Below are positions 53,403-64,000 of a stretch of 64,000 nucleotides of DNA, piece after piece. Position 1 is the stretch's first letter; each line of letters starts with the position of its first letter. This stretch comes from Octopus sinensis. Taxonomy: Eukaryota. The translations under genes were made by a program, and so were the position numbers. The notes below the pieces were generated by a model. The model did not search any database, was not told where the DNA came from, and worked only from the letters and a program-made list of their open reading frames with translations. Location of the stretch: positions 45,446,001 through 45,510,000 of the forward strand of contig NC_043003.1 of NCBI RefSeq assembly GCF_006345805.1. Direction: 5' to 3'.

Positions 53403-53553
53403 TGAATAATAATAATAACAATAACAACAACAACATCGAAAAATGCCATTTCCCCAAGACACCTGATGAAGGCTAGAGGGTATATCAGCCGAAACGTTGT
53501 GTTAACAACAAATAAGATGAGGACAAATATCCGTCAAATGTAAATAATGTAAA
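53401..53553 (+). mobile_element. Inverted second copy of the hammerhead tail
   Basis: Reverse-complement match to 53135-53330 with a ~25-bp internal deletion. Confidence 0.85.
53458..53503 (+). ncRNA. Minimal type I hammerhead ribozyme, intact core
   Basis: GACAC-CUGAUGA-A-GGCU(A)-GAGGGUAUAU-(C)AGCC-GAAACGUU-GUGUU, with 5-bp stem I and 4-bp stem II. Confidence 0.85.
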
Positions 53554-53590
53554 GTGGTGTTGAGCGCTCATTTTCATCGTTCAATATTTA

Positions 53591-53629
<39 letters not shown>

Positions 53630-53720
53630 CTAAGGAGTGATGTGCAAACATAAAATTTCAGAGAAATTGCTTTCTGTGAATTGTATATCGCATTTGTTGT
53701 GACATTATTGAGCATTGGAA

Positions 53721-54310
53721 GGCGGCGGGCTAGTAAAAACTTTAGCACGCCCGGTGAAATGCTTAGCGGTATTTCGTCTGCCGCTACGTTCTGAGTTCAA
53801 ATTCCGCCGATGTCGACTTTGCCTTTCATCCTTTCGGGGTCGATTAAATAAGTACCAGTTACGCACTGGGGTCGATATAATCGACTTAATCCGTTTGTCT
53901 GTCCCTGTTTGTGCCCCCTCTGTGTTTAGCCCCTTGTGGGTAGTAAAGAAATAGGTATTTCCTCTGTCGTTACGTTCTGAGTTCAAATTCTGCCGAGGTC
54001 AACTTTGCCTTTCATCCTTTCGGGGTCGATTAAATAAGTACCAGTTACGCACTGGGGTCGATTTAATCGACTTAATCCGTGTGTCTGTCCCTGTTTGTGC
54101 CCCCTCTGTGTTTAGCGCCTTGTGGGTAGTAAAGAAATAGGTATTTCCTCTGTCGTTACGTTCTGAGTTCAAATTCCGCTGAGCTCGACTTTGCCTTCCA
54201 TCATTTCGGCATCGATAAATTAAGTACCAGTTTCGTACTGATCTCGATCTAATCGACAGGCCCCCTCACCCAAAATTTCGGGCCTTGTACCTAGAGTAGA
54301 AAACAGTATT
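53721..54310 (+). mobile_element. tRNA-derived SINE family B with internal 186-bp triplication
   Basis: TACGTTCTGAGTTCAAATTC recurs at 53785, 53971 and 54157. Confidence 0.9.
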
Positions 54311-54529
54311 GAACATTGTTTTTCTTACGTATATACTTGTGTGTGTATGGGCATAATTATGTATGCTTCTTCCTGTGTGCATATCTGTGTGAATGTGAGC
54401 GTGTTTATGGAAGTCAGGCAGACGGACGCGAAAGTCAATGCCTAGAACGTCATTAGACGACAATAGACGACGCTGAAGACTTGCCCGTAATTCTTTGGAA
54501 ACAAAAGGCAAAACAAAAGAACTGCTAAC

Positions 54530-54635
54530 ACTATTACCGCCGCTGCCACCAGAACTGCCAACACCAAACAACGCCATTACAACTACCACGCCATTGCCTG
54601 CAACACCTCTACCACCACCACCACCACCACCACCG

Positions 54636-54686
<51 letters not shown>

Positions 54687-54761
54687 ATGCCGGTACTACT
54701 AGCACTAATAATACAACTACCACTACCGCTGCTACTACTACCCCTACTACTACTATTGCTT

Positions 54762-54821
<60 letters not shown>

Positions 54822-54840
54822 TTGCTACTACTACTACTTG
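54530..54840. repeat. Compound (CCA/CTA/CTG/ATG) tract
   Basis: Direct reading of the sequence. Confidence 0.9.
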
Positions 54841-55319
54841 TTTAACGTGGTGTGTGCAGTAGTAGAGAATAAAGAATGACGGCGAGCAAGTGAGGCTGTA
54901 CTGTAAGGGTAAGTAAGGGGTATCATTAGGCAGTTTTGACGTCAGAATTATGATTTAAGGAAGGGCATAGCAAGAGGCAGTGGGAGGTAATGGAGGTGAG
55001 GGGTAAATATCAGCCGTCGAGGATGAAGAGCGGGGAGGTTTTAAAGGAGTTTGTTATTTAGCACAAGGATCAGCTCTTACGAGACAGATCTATGCTCAAT
55101 GATGTTACAATCGTGACCATCCCGTTTTTTTTGTGTGTTTTTTTTCGTTATTTGAGATTACGCTTTAGTTATCTCCTTACTATGGTAAACACTATAGCAT
55201 GTTATTACTGGTATTTGACAGCTATTTTTAGCAGGTTCTGTATCAAAATAAGGGATCCTTGTACTGGGCCGTAAGGAATAAATTAGAAAACGAAGATAAG
55301 CTGCGGGATAGCAGGTTAA

Positions 55320-55700
55320 ATGTCTATGTGTGTGTGTGTGGTGTGTGTGTGTGTGTCTGTATGTCTGTGTATGTCTGTGTGTCTGTCTGTGGGTATGGGT
55401 GTTTGTGTGTGTGTATGTCTGTCTGCATGTCTGTGTCGGTGTTTATGTCTGTCTGTGTATGTCGGTCTGTGGGTTTGTGTGTCTGTGTGTATCTGTGTTT
55501 GTGTGTGTATGTGTCTGTGCGTGTGTGTCTGTGTGCATATTTGTGTGTGTGTGTATGTGTGTGTTTGTGTGTCTGTGTGTCTGTGAACCTATGCATGTTT
55601 GTGTGTATGTGGAGTGTATTTACATGTGTATTTGTGTTCAGAGAAATGTGTGCGTCCATATGTGTGGGTTTTACATCTGTTTGTGTATTTAATCATTTAT
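55320..55700. repeat. Cryptic (TG)/(TGTC) tract
   Basis: Direct reading of the sequence. Confidence 0.9.
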
Positions 55701-57035
55701 GTGAATAAATGCGTGTCAACATGTATATTTGCGTGTAAGTGTATGTATGTATGTGTATGTATTTATGTGTATAAGTGAGACTCTGTGTGTGTGTGTGCGC
55801 GCGCTAAGGCGTTTAAATGCATGTGTTCATGTATATCAATGCATAGATTCTCGTATGTATGTAAGTGTGTATGCATATTTCTCGGTGTATATGTCCAAGG
55901 GAAAATGTATACGAACACGGATAAAGATTTAGGCCTGTTTGAGTGTGTATATGTGTCACCGTATGTAGGTTAATCTTTATGTGTGTACGTGTGGATGTGT
56001 GTATGCGCGTGCTTATGGGTGGGGTTTAGTAGGATCCGTTCGGAATGTGAGCAAATCTGTGTTCTGTTATGGCGGTGGAAAGGGTTGAAGAAATGTGCAG
56101 TGGTGTAGGCAAGAGGAGAATGAGGGACTGTGTATTGTATGTGAGAGAGTATGGTGGGGCTGAAGATGGAAGGGAAGGGGAAGTAAGATGAAAGGGAAAC
56201 AAGAAATGAAGAAATAAAAGAATAAGGATTAAGTTAAGAGTATGGAAAGACTGACAAAAAGAATTGAAGGCCACAAGAAAAAAGAATGAAGGAGGTTTGT
56301 TCATGTGAAAATGTCCCTCTTACTGTTAAGAACCGTCTGAACGTTTTAAATTAAATTTGTTATATTAAGTCCCTTTCATGTTTACTGGGGTTTTTTTTAT
56401 AACGATCTTTATATGTATCTATCTTTCTATCCGTCTATCTATTTCTGTGTCGCCTTTTATGAATCTTACCAAAAGAAAATCACAATGTCGAGATTCTAAG
56501 TGGGAATGCCCACCCTGTATAAAATAGCAGTCAAATTTTCCTCAAAATATAATAGACTTTTTTAAGACGGGAGACGGTGGTCAATAAATTCTTGGGTTCG
56601 CTGCACATACGAAGAAGTCAAGATTGACCATAGAATGGATGGTTTTGATCAAAAGGTTTGCTGTATCCGGGCTGACAAGTACAATGGCAACAACAAGAAC
56701 CACTAGCAGTGAGTGAGTGGCGTGTCTAATTTCAGCTTGAAACAAATCGTTAAGAACTATCAGAATAAAACGAAGTATCGCCCAATAGCTCCGGCTCCAA
56801 GATTCGTTCAATAGATTCTATATATTTTATCTGTCTGTTTCTGTTTGTATGTACGTCTATATTTCTGTTTATATATCCAAGACTTGGCCATAATTCTTTA
56901 GCATCTGCGTAGCTGCATGAGGCAGTCTCTCGCTCTCTCTCCCTCTCCCTCCCTTTCTTGCGTACTTCCTCCTGTCTTTCTCATTCCCCAGTGCGATATG
57001 ATATATGATATACATAGATATACATACATAAATGC

Positions 57036-57068
<33 letters not shown>

Positions 57069-57749
57069 ATATATTATATATATATATTATATTATATATA
57101 TATATTATATATATATATATATCAATGTTCCGTACAAGGAATACATCAAGGCAAGAAAGAACGAAAGATTAAAGAAAGACTATAAGGATACTTGAAGATA
57201 AAATTAACAACCGCATAATAAATGCCCACCCCAACGCAATTTATTATACTACATGAGATATAAGTTATGATACAGATGTCATAAATATGTAGAACTCAAT
57301 TTTGAGGTGACACGGAACAGGTATATTGGCAAGAGAAAAGAAATTTTAAAGAAAGACTCCCTCATTATATCTGTTGAACATACAGATGAAAAAAAAAGCA
57401 ACAACAAATTTAGTAGACTACTTATGGAAACTAAAAGTTAAATATCCAGATTGCACACACGTAGAAAGATCTTAAGCCTACAAAAGAAGAAACATACGGT
57501 GTAAATTGTGCAAAGAAAAGGGAAGATCCCCCAAAACATGTTGTAAACAACGTTTGTGTTACAACATTAAATCTGAAACATTCGTCAAATACAAATATAT
57601 TGAAAAGCACCTATTACGTAGCTAATAAAAAGAAAATAGCAATACTTGACATCTACTAGATAAATGCACAGACATATAATTACTTCACTTTTGTCCGACA
57701 TCAATTCTGAATCTTTCTGGGGTTATGGTAAGGAACCGGATATATATGT

Positions 57750-57890
57750 GAGGGCACGTGACCTAGTGGTTATGGTGTTGCAGTCAAGATTGCGAGATCG
57801 TGATTTCAATTCCTAGACCGGGCGGGGCGATGTGTTCTTCAGCACGTTGCTATGTGATCACTTCGACACCTAATGAGTGGTACAACGCGC
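57750..57890 (+). mobile_element. Old tRNA-derived SINE head (family C-related)
   Basis: GAGGGCACGTGACCTAGTGGTTA...GATTTCAATTCCTAGACCGGGC. Confidence 0.55.
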
Positions 57891-57989
57891 AGCTATTCAA
57901 GCAACGTAGATTTGGTTGAGGGAGCAATCGTACGGGACATACATTTGACCATTAATAAAAAATCATTTGTGCTGAACGCTCATACGTCC

Positions 57990-58147
57990 ATTATCGTCCA
58001 TTTTCTCTCCTTGTTTTTTCTGTCCCTTTCTGTAAAAGAGCGTAGGCTAGAAACGTAAATACTTTTTCTATTCCTGAGCGTTATACTAATACATCTGTTT
58101 GTTTTGTACACCACCTGTCTTCGTCTTTTGTTTTTTTCGTAAACTCT

Positions 58148-58152
<5 letters not shown>
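57990..58152 (+). mobile_element. Penelope-like pLTR with degenerate hammerhead (58026-58062)
   Basis: CTGTAAAAGAGCGTAGGCTAGAAACGTA, homologous to 22585-22745 (-). Confidence 0.65.
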
Positions 58153-58198
<46 letters not shown>

Positions 58199-58200
58199 AA

Positions 58201-58490
58201 ACTTATATTGACCCCAGTGCGTAACTGGTACTTATTTAATCGACCCCGAAAGGATGAAAGACAAAGTTATATATATATATATATATAAGGAGAGTTTACG
58301 AAAAAAACAAAAGACGAAGACAGTGGTGTACATATATATATATATATATACAGAACTTATATTGACCCCAGTGCGTAACTGGTACTTATTTAATCGACCC
58401 CGAAAGGATGAAAGACAAAGTTATATATATATATATATATAAGGAGAGTTTACGAAAAAAACAAAAGACGAAGACAGGTGGTGTACAAAA
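58201..58490 (-). repeat. 154-bp tandem duplication of a [SINE B fragment + (TA)n + inverted pLTR tail] unit
   Basis: Units start at 58201 and 58355. GGAGAGTTTACGAAAAAAACAAAAGACGAAGACAG is the reverse complement of 58113-58150. Confidence 0.85.
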
Positions 58491-58501
58491 CAGAGTATGT
58501 C

Positions 58502-58559
<58 letters not shown>

Positions 58560-59214
58560 TATATCACACATACACACATATATATATATCATATATATCA
58601 CACATCTACCTACACGCATATATATCATATATGCGTGCGTGTGTGTGTGTGTACATATATTTGTGTATGTACCTGTAAGTACGTGTGTATGCATGGGTGT
58701 ATGTGGGAGAGTGTACGCGTGCTAAGAAGGAACAAATTACCGAATATTTATCTATAAATGCATAAACATTGGTAATGTTGACATAAACACTTTAATGTTT
58801 ACACGAATGTATTGAATTAAAGAGATGACATCTTCACCTTATCTTACTGTTTCCAATCTATGAGTCGCGACATTTTAGTGTTTTCTGAAATAAGACAGGT
58901 GTGTCTCGATATTATCAAATTGCAAAATCTTTTATTTTTAGCTTTTTACACATACATAATAAAATTAAGCAATTATTATATATTTTGAACGCGCCCTCTT
59001 AGTCACATAAGACTCTTCGTATGTTTTATTAGTATTTTATTAATTACAATAACGTATCAGCAGTGTGTCGTTTTCATCTTTGTAATAGAAAAGTATCATG
59101 TATCTTAAAAGTAAGCGGGTAATGACGTTAGGGCTACACAGAGAACAACCCGAAACATACATACGAGAGAATTTATCGCTTGCTGCTTCTGATTAGAAAG
59201 GTACATAGAAAAGA

Positions 59215-59470
<256 letters not shown>

Positions 59471-60078
59471 CCTAATGTTCCGAAATAGCAATGTTTTACA
59501 ATTGTCAACTGATGAAGGGGTCAGTTTTGTACACCTCCGTTTCTGTAACAATTTCGTTTTTCTGTATATTTCCTTCTTCTCGTGTGAAATTTCTTGTCTT
59601 ACACATACACTTACACACACGCGCGCGAACACACACACGCAAGCACACACACACGCACGCACATAGACATATTTATATATATTCACATATGTGAAAATGT
59701 ATGTGTGTGTATGTGTGTCTATTACATATTTAGATCGACATATAGAGAGAAAGGCAGCAAATGAAAAACAGAGAGAGAGAGAGAGAGAGTTAAAGATATA
59801 ACGGGGTGACCCATTAATCGTCTAGTATCCATGGTTATAGTTTGATATTGACTACTTAATTTATATTTTTAGATTTTACAACCAGAATGACGTTTAGTGG
59901 TAATAAAACATAGTTTAGTTGCTTAAAATCAATGTACTTCGTATATTTTTTTAAATTTTATAACTATTTATTTATTTGCAACCCTTGGAATTTGTATTGC
60001 AATATGTAACAGTTTTCTAGTATTACATTTGTATACATTGAAATTTAGCCAGAAATTACCTCTTCTTGTACATATATA

Positions 60079-60465
60079 GGCATAGGCGTGGCTGTGTGGT
60101 AAGTAGCTTGTTTACCAACCACATGGTTCCGGTTTCAGTCCCACTGCGTGGCACCTTGGGCAAGTTTCTTCCACTATAGCCTCGGGTCGACCAAAGTCTT
60201 GTGAGTGGATTTGGTAGACGGAAACTGAAAAAAGCCCGCCGTATATATGTGGGTGTGTGTGCATATGTTTGTACTCTGTGTTTGTCTCCCCAACATCGCT
60301 TGGCAACCGATGCTGGTGTGTTAGCGTCGCCGTAACTTAGCGGTTCGGTAAAAGAGACCGATAGAATAAGTACTAGGCTTACAAAGAATAAGTCCTGGGG
60401 TCGATTTGCTCAACTAAAGGCAGTGTTCCAGCATGGCCACAGTCAAATGACTGAAACAAAAGAGT
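60079..60465 (+). mobile_element. SINE family A, full length
   Basis: GGCATAGGCGTGGCTGTGTGGTAAGTAGC...CAGTCAAATGACTGAAACAAAAGAG. Confidence 0.9.
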
Positions 60466-60499
60466 AGATATAGATATACATATATATAAACACATGCAT

Positions 60500-60600
60500 T
60501 TCGTTTTTGGATTTGGTTTGCAAGATTCTTTATGTGAGTTCTTGTGTCGAAGTATATTCTGTTGTGTCTGGGGAGAGTAATTTTCTTTTTGTGCCTTATA
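60500..60600 (-). repeat. Repeat family E fragment
   Basis: GGATTTGGTTTGCAAGATTCTTTATGTGAGTTC matches 33303 ff. Confidence 0.7.
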
Positions 60601-61711
60601 GGAAAATAAAAATATATAGGCATAGAAAGCGAGAATAAAGTGAGGGTGAGAGTGACAGAGCGAGAGATAAGAAGATACATATATACATACATAAAGACAG
60701 ACAGACAGAAAAGCAGGCAGTCAAACATACGCACATACATACATACATACATTCTCGTATTTTTCAAGATTGTACACCATCACTACTTGCACCACCATCG
60801 TCTTCCACCTCATCATCATCCTCATCTTCATCATCAGCAACAACTGCATCAATAGCATCACCACCATCAACATTGCTGCTATCAGCCTCTGTACTGCAGA
60901 TCTCCGATAATTACCCAATAGAATCTGCCGTGCCCATTATCTAGTTAATGTTACTGACCCGTGGAATCATCTAATTAAGCGGCAAAGCAGTTAATTGGAT
61001 ATTGACGAATAAACCCTTTACATTAGGTCATCAATAAATTTCTGAACCCTGACCACTTCATCTATGGACTCAGACAGACATCTAAAATCTTTCGGTAACT
61101 CTAATTTATTTAATATGAGCTCTAGTATCGTGAACTAAGAGATACGGTTACAATTGTCTGTCTATACAAAATTTCTCCTTCCGATTGAATCTTTATTACT
61201 TTACTTGAGAACCCAATTGCTTTAGAGGGCGGCATGAAGATGAGAAAGCCGTATTCAAGTAATTTCGTAATCGAATGTCTCATCTTATTTAATAAGAGAA
61301 AGCCTTTATTCTCAATGTGAAGGTGAACCTAGGTTGTAGATATCGACGAGAGGTTAGCAACTTGGTTTAATTCAACTCCACTGCTTCGGCTACTTAGCAA
61401 TTGCCCCAAATTCTGAGGGCGAAATTAGGTTGATGCGCGCTAGTTGGGGGTGTATCTGTACTTGTAATTTAAAAGTGCAGCCATAATACACTAATTCGTT
61501 ATGTGAATTAAGTTTGAAAGTGACTTTGGGATACGCAGCCACTTATAATTTTACTAAGTAAGTTTAGTTAATCAAACAACAAAATATTCATCGTCCAAAT
61601 CGATAGAAGCAAAAAAAAAAAATGACAAAACAAGATGAAGGAACAGAAAAGAACTTTGTGATTTTAGCTCACAGCTGAAATCATTCCAGTAAGAAAGTCT
61701 CAACGTGACTA

Positions 61712-61930
61712 TTTGACATGCTCGAAATAGCAGCCATATATGTCTTAAATCACAACTGAATTCCTTTCAGACCAGCGCCGGACATATTCGATGATTTAGC
61801 CTGTTTAATATGAATGAAATCATATCGGAAAAGACGGCACGTTCACATGGTTGGAATGCCATTGATTATAACTTTGCTCAATCGGGATTCGATCGGTGAT
61901 AAGCAGACCTAGCAAGAACGAAAACAACAA
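61712..61930 (+). repeat. Old dispersed repeat family G
   Basis: TGCTCGAAATAGCAGCCATATATGTCTTAAATCAC...GATAAGCAGACCTAGC. Confidence 0.5.
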
Positions 61931-62269
61931 CATACTTTTTAAATTCTATTGGACAACACACGAATGACCCAAATTTTTATTTACTTTACCGATAAATCGA
62001 AGACTATTGATTTCTTGAACTCTGAAAAGGGCCATAAACTCCTAACAACCATATATCTGCTGTAGAATTTCAGTGATCCAACGCAGCCAGGGCACATCAG
62101 TCACATTTTCATGGTTGTCATTCCTGTGGTTAAAGATATTTTATTGAGAGGTTTGAAACCTAGCATTCGCAAAGTGCTAGTCATAGCCTAACGCATACAA
62201 AAACCTTGATTTTAATTTACTTCTAAAGTTTAAATTGTTTAAAAATGTATCTGTAAGGGGTCAGGAAGG

Positions 62270-62274
62270 AATTG

Positions 62275-62309
<35 letters not shown>

Positions 62310-62490
62310 GCTACTGCTGCTACTACTGCTACTACTACTGCATCTGCTGCTACTACTGCTACTACTCCTACTACTACGTCTACTTCTTCCACTACTACTA
62401 TTGCGGTCACTGTAACTACTACTACTAGCATTACTAACTAGTACTGCTACTACTGCCACTACTACTACTACTACTACTACTACTAATAGT
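62270..62490. repeat. (CTA)n compound tract
   Basis: Direct reading of the sequence. Confidence 0.95.
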
Positions 62491-62784
62491 CGACCGGATA
62501 TTGTTTTCAAGGACAGCAGGAAACGAATAGCCACCTAATTGATATATCAACTCCCAAAATGTGATAAGATATCTCTAGAAGAAATGGAGCAATTATCCAA
62601 ATATAAAGGTCTGGTATTAAAGTTAACCATAATGTGGTGTTTGAAAATAGAAACATACCTAATAATATTAGGTTTCTTATGACTGAATGACCCAAGACCT
62701 AACACTTATATATGTACACAGCAAGCAAAAACTTGGGCGCAGCTTATATATTGCATAGAATACCTTCAATGCAATGAGAACACT

Positions 62785-62885
62785 TGGTTCTGTGGTTAGA
62801 GCGTTCGACTTACAATTGAAATCTTGTGAATTCGATTCCCGGACCGAGTTGTAGGTTATGTTCTGGAGCAAAACACTTTATTTCA
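62785..62885 (+). mobile_element. SINE family C head 1 fragment
   Basis: TGTGGTTAGAGCGTTCGAC...GAATTCGATTCCCGGACCG...GAGCAAAACACTTTATTTCA. Confidence 0.6.
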
Positions 62886-62887
62886 AC

Positions 62888-63115
62888 TTGGCAGAAACGT
62901 TAGCACGCCGGGCGAAATGCTTAGCAGTATTTCGTCTGCCGTTACGTTCTGAGCTCAAATTCCGCCGCGGTCGACTTTGCCTTTCATCCTTTCGGGGTCG
63001 ATAAATTAAGTACCAGTTACGCACTGGGGTCTATGTAACCGACTTAATCCCTTTGTCTGTCCTTGTTGGACCCCTATATATGTTTACCTCCTCGTGGGCA
63101 ATAAAGAAATAAGAA
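62888..63115 (+). mobile_element. SINE family B
   Basis: TGGCAGAAACGTTAGCACGCCGGGCGAAATGC..., closely matching 53721 ff. Confidence 0.85.
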
Positions 63116-63119
63116 ATGA

Positions 63120-63300
63120 GTTGCGACGTCACTGGTGCCAAGCTGAATCGGTCTTTGCCATTCTCTTCGACAACATCGACGTCGTGGAGTGGGGGAAGCT
63201 GGTATGCAAGGGCGACTGTTGGTCTTACATAAACATTGCCCGGACAAATACTTCGGTGCAATCTCATGATCATTCGTGACCGAAGGATCTTTTTTTTTTT
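63120..63300 (+). repeat. Dispersed repeat family D
   Basis: Reverse complement of 31062-31255. Confidence 0.75.
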
Positions 63301-63489
63301 TTCTTTTTTTTAGCTCCAGTGCATTAGAACATACAAAAGCTGAACGACACACTGTATATACCCCCAGCCCCCCCCAGCAGAGCTGCGATCGGTAATAGAG
63401 TGAAAGCACGCAAAGAAATAAAAATAAAATTTCTGGATGTAATGGTTTCATATAAGGTGGGGGTAAGTCCAGATATTTAGTGTAGAGGA

Positions 63490-63650
63490 ACAGTTGATTA
63501 CACGATCTCAATACTTGACTTTATTTTATCGACCCCGGAAAAGATGAAAGGCAAAAGTGACGTCAGTGGGTCTTGAACTCAGAGCGCAAAAAGCGGGAAG
63601 CGTTGCTGTTAAGTATTTTGTCTGATGCGATTCTTCCAGCTTGCCACTTT
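63490..63650 (-). mobile_element. SINE family B, old copy
   Basis: ATCGACCCCGGAAAAGATGAAAGGCAAAAGTGAC...TTGAACTCAGAGCG...GCGATTCTTCCAGCTTGCC. Confidence 0.7.
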
Positions 63651-63654
63651 AATA

Positions 63655-63665
63655 CTACAACATTA

Positions 63666-63719
<54 letters not shown>

Positions 63720-63960
63720 GCTACTACTACTACCACTACTACTACTACTACGACACTACAACTAATAATAATAATGTTGATGATGATGGTTTCTTTTATT
63801 GGCCACAGGAGCCCAAGACATTGAATAGAATATAAAAGGATGAAATACAACACACTATAATAATAATAATAATAACGATAACGGTGACGATGATGATGAT
63901 GATGGTTGTGGTGGTGGTGACTGTGGTGGTGGTGGTGGTGGTGGTGGTGTGGTGAACATT
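63655..63960. repeat. (CTA)n, (ATA)n, (GAT)n, (GGT)n tracts
   Basis: Direct reading of the sequence. Confidence 0.9.
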
Positions 63961-64000
63961 TTGAAGCCATCAGGCCTCACATTTGTTAAGAAAGGATTAT

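Noticed and set aside
56581-56811. GPCR-like TM7 (hydrophobic stretch ending ANPRIY)
   Set aside because: A stop follows the NPxxY-like motif directly (no helix 8), there is an upstream in-frame stop with a poor acceptor, and no other TM exons are visible.

Overview
This is a repeat-saturated, AT-rich, non-coding (intronic or intergenic) window from an animal genome. The dense (TA)n, (CA)n, (TAGA)n and trinucleotide microsatellites and the tRNA-derived SINE families resemble what I recall of octopus/coleoid cephalopod DNA; that assignment is inference, not a search result. I found no credible host protein-coding gene. Almost all listed ORFs are microsatellite read-throughs. The few protein-like ones are decayed transposon remnants: two mariner transposases back-to-back at 10.9-12.3 kb, a Tc1/mariner-superfamily C-terminus at 4.8 kb, a CR1/L2-type LINE reverse transcriptase at 31.4-32.3 kb, and a Penelope GIY-YIG C-terminus at 5.1 kb. 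Also present are several SINE families, hAT MITEs (one with a perfect 8-bp TSD), a non-autonomous Helitron with textbook ends, a palindromic foldback element and several tandem duplications. The most interesting signal is a set of about ten minimal hammerhead ribozyme (HHR) motifs of the Penelope-associated, dimer-forming type. They include a U3-A8 core variant family and a tandem intact pair. One sits in a tRNA-headed, Pol III-type element at 53.1-53.55 kb that couples a SINE head to a hammerhead-bearing tail and carries an inverted second tail, a candidate SINE/retrozyme hybrid. A 3.1-copy array of a ~765-bp Penelope-like unit and mix-and-match SINE head/tail modules also stand out. All calls were made by eye; coordinates of decayed repeats are approximate.
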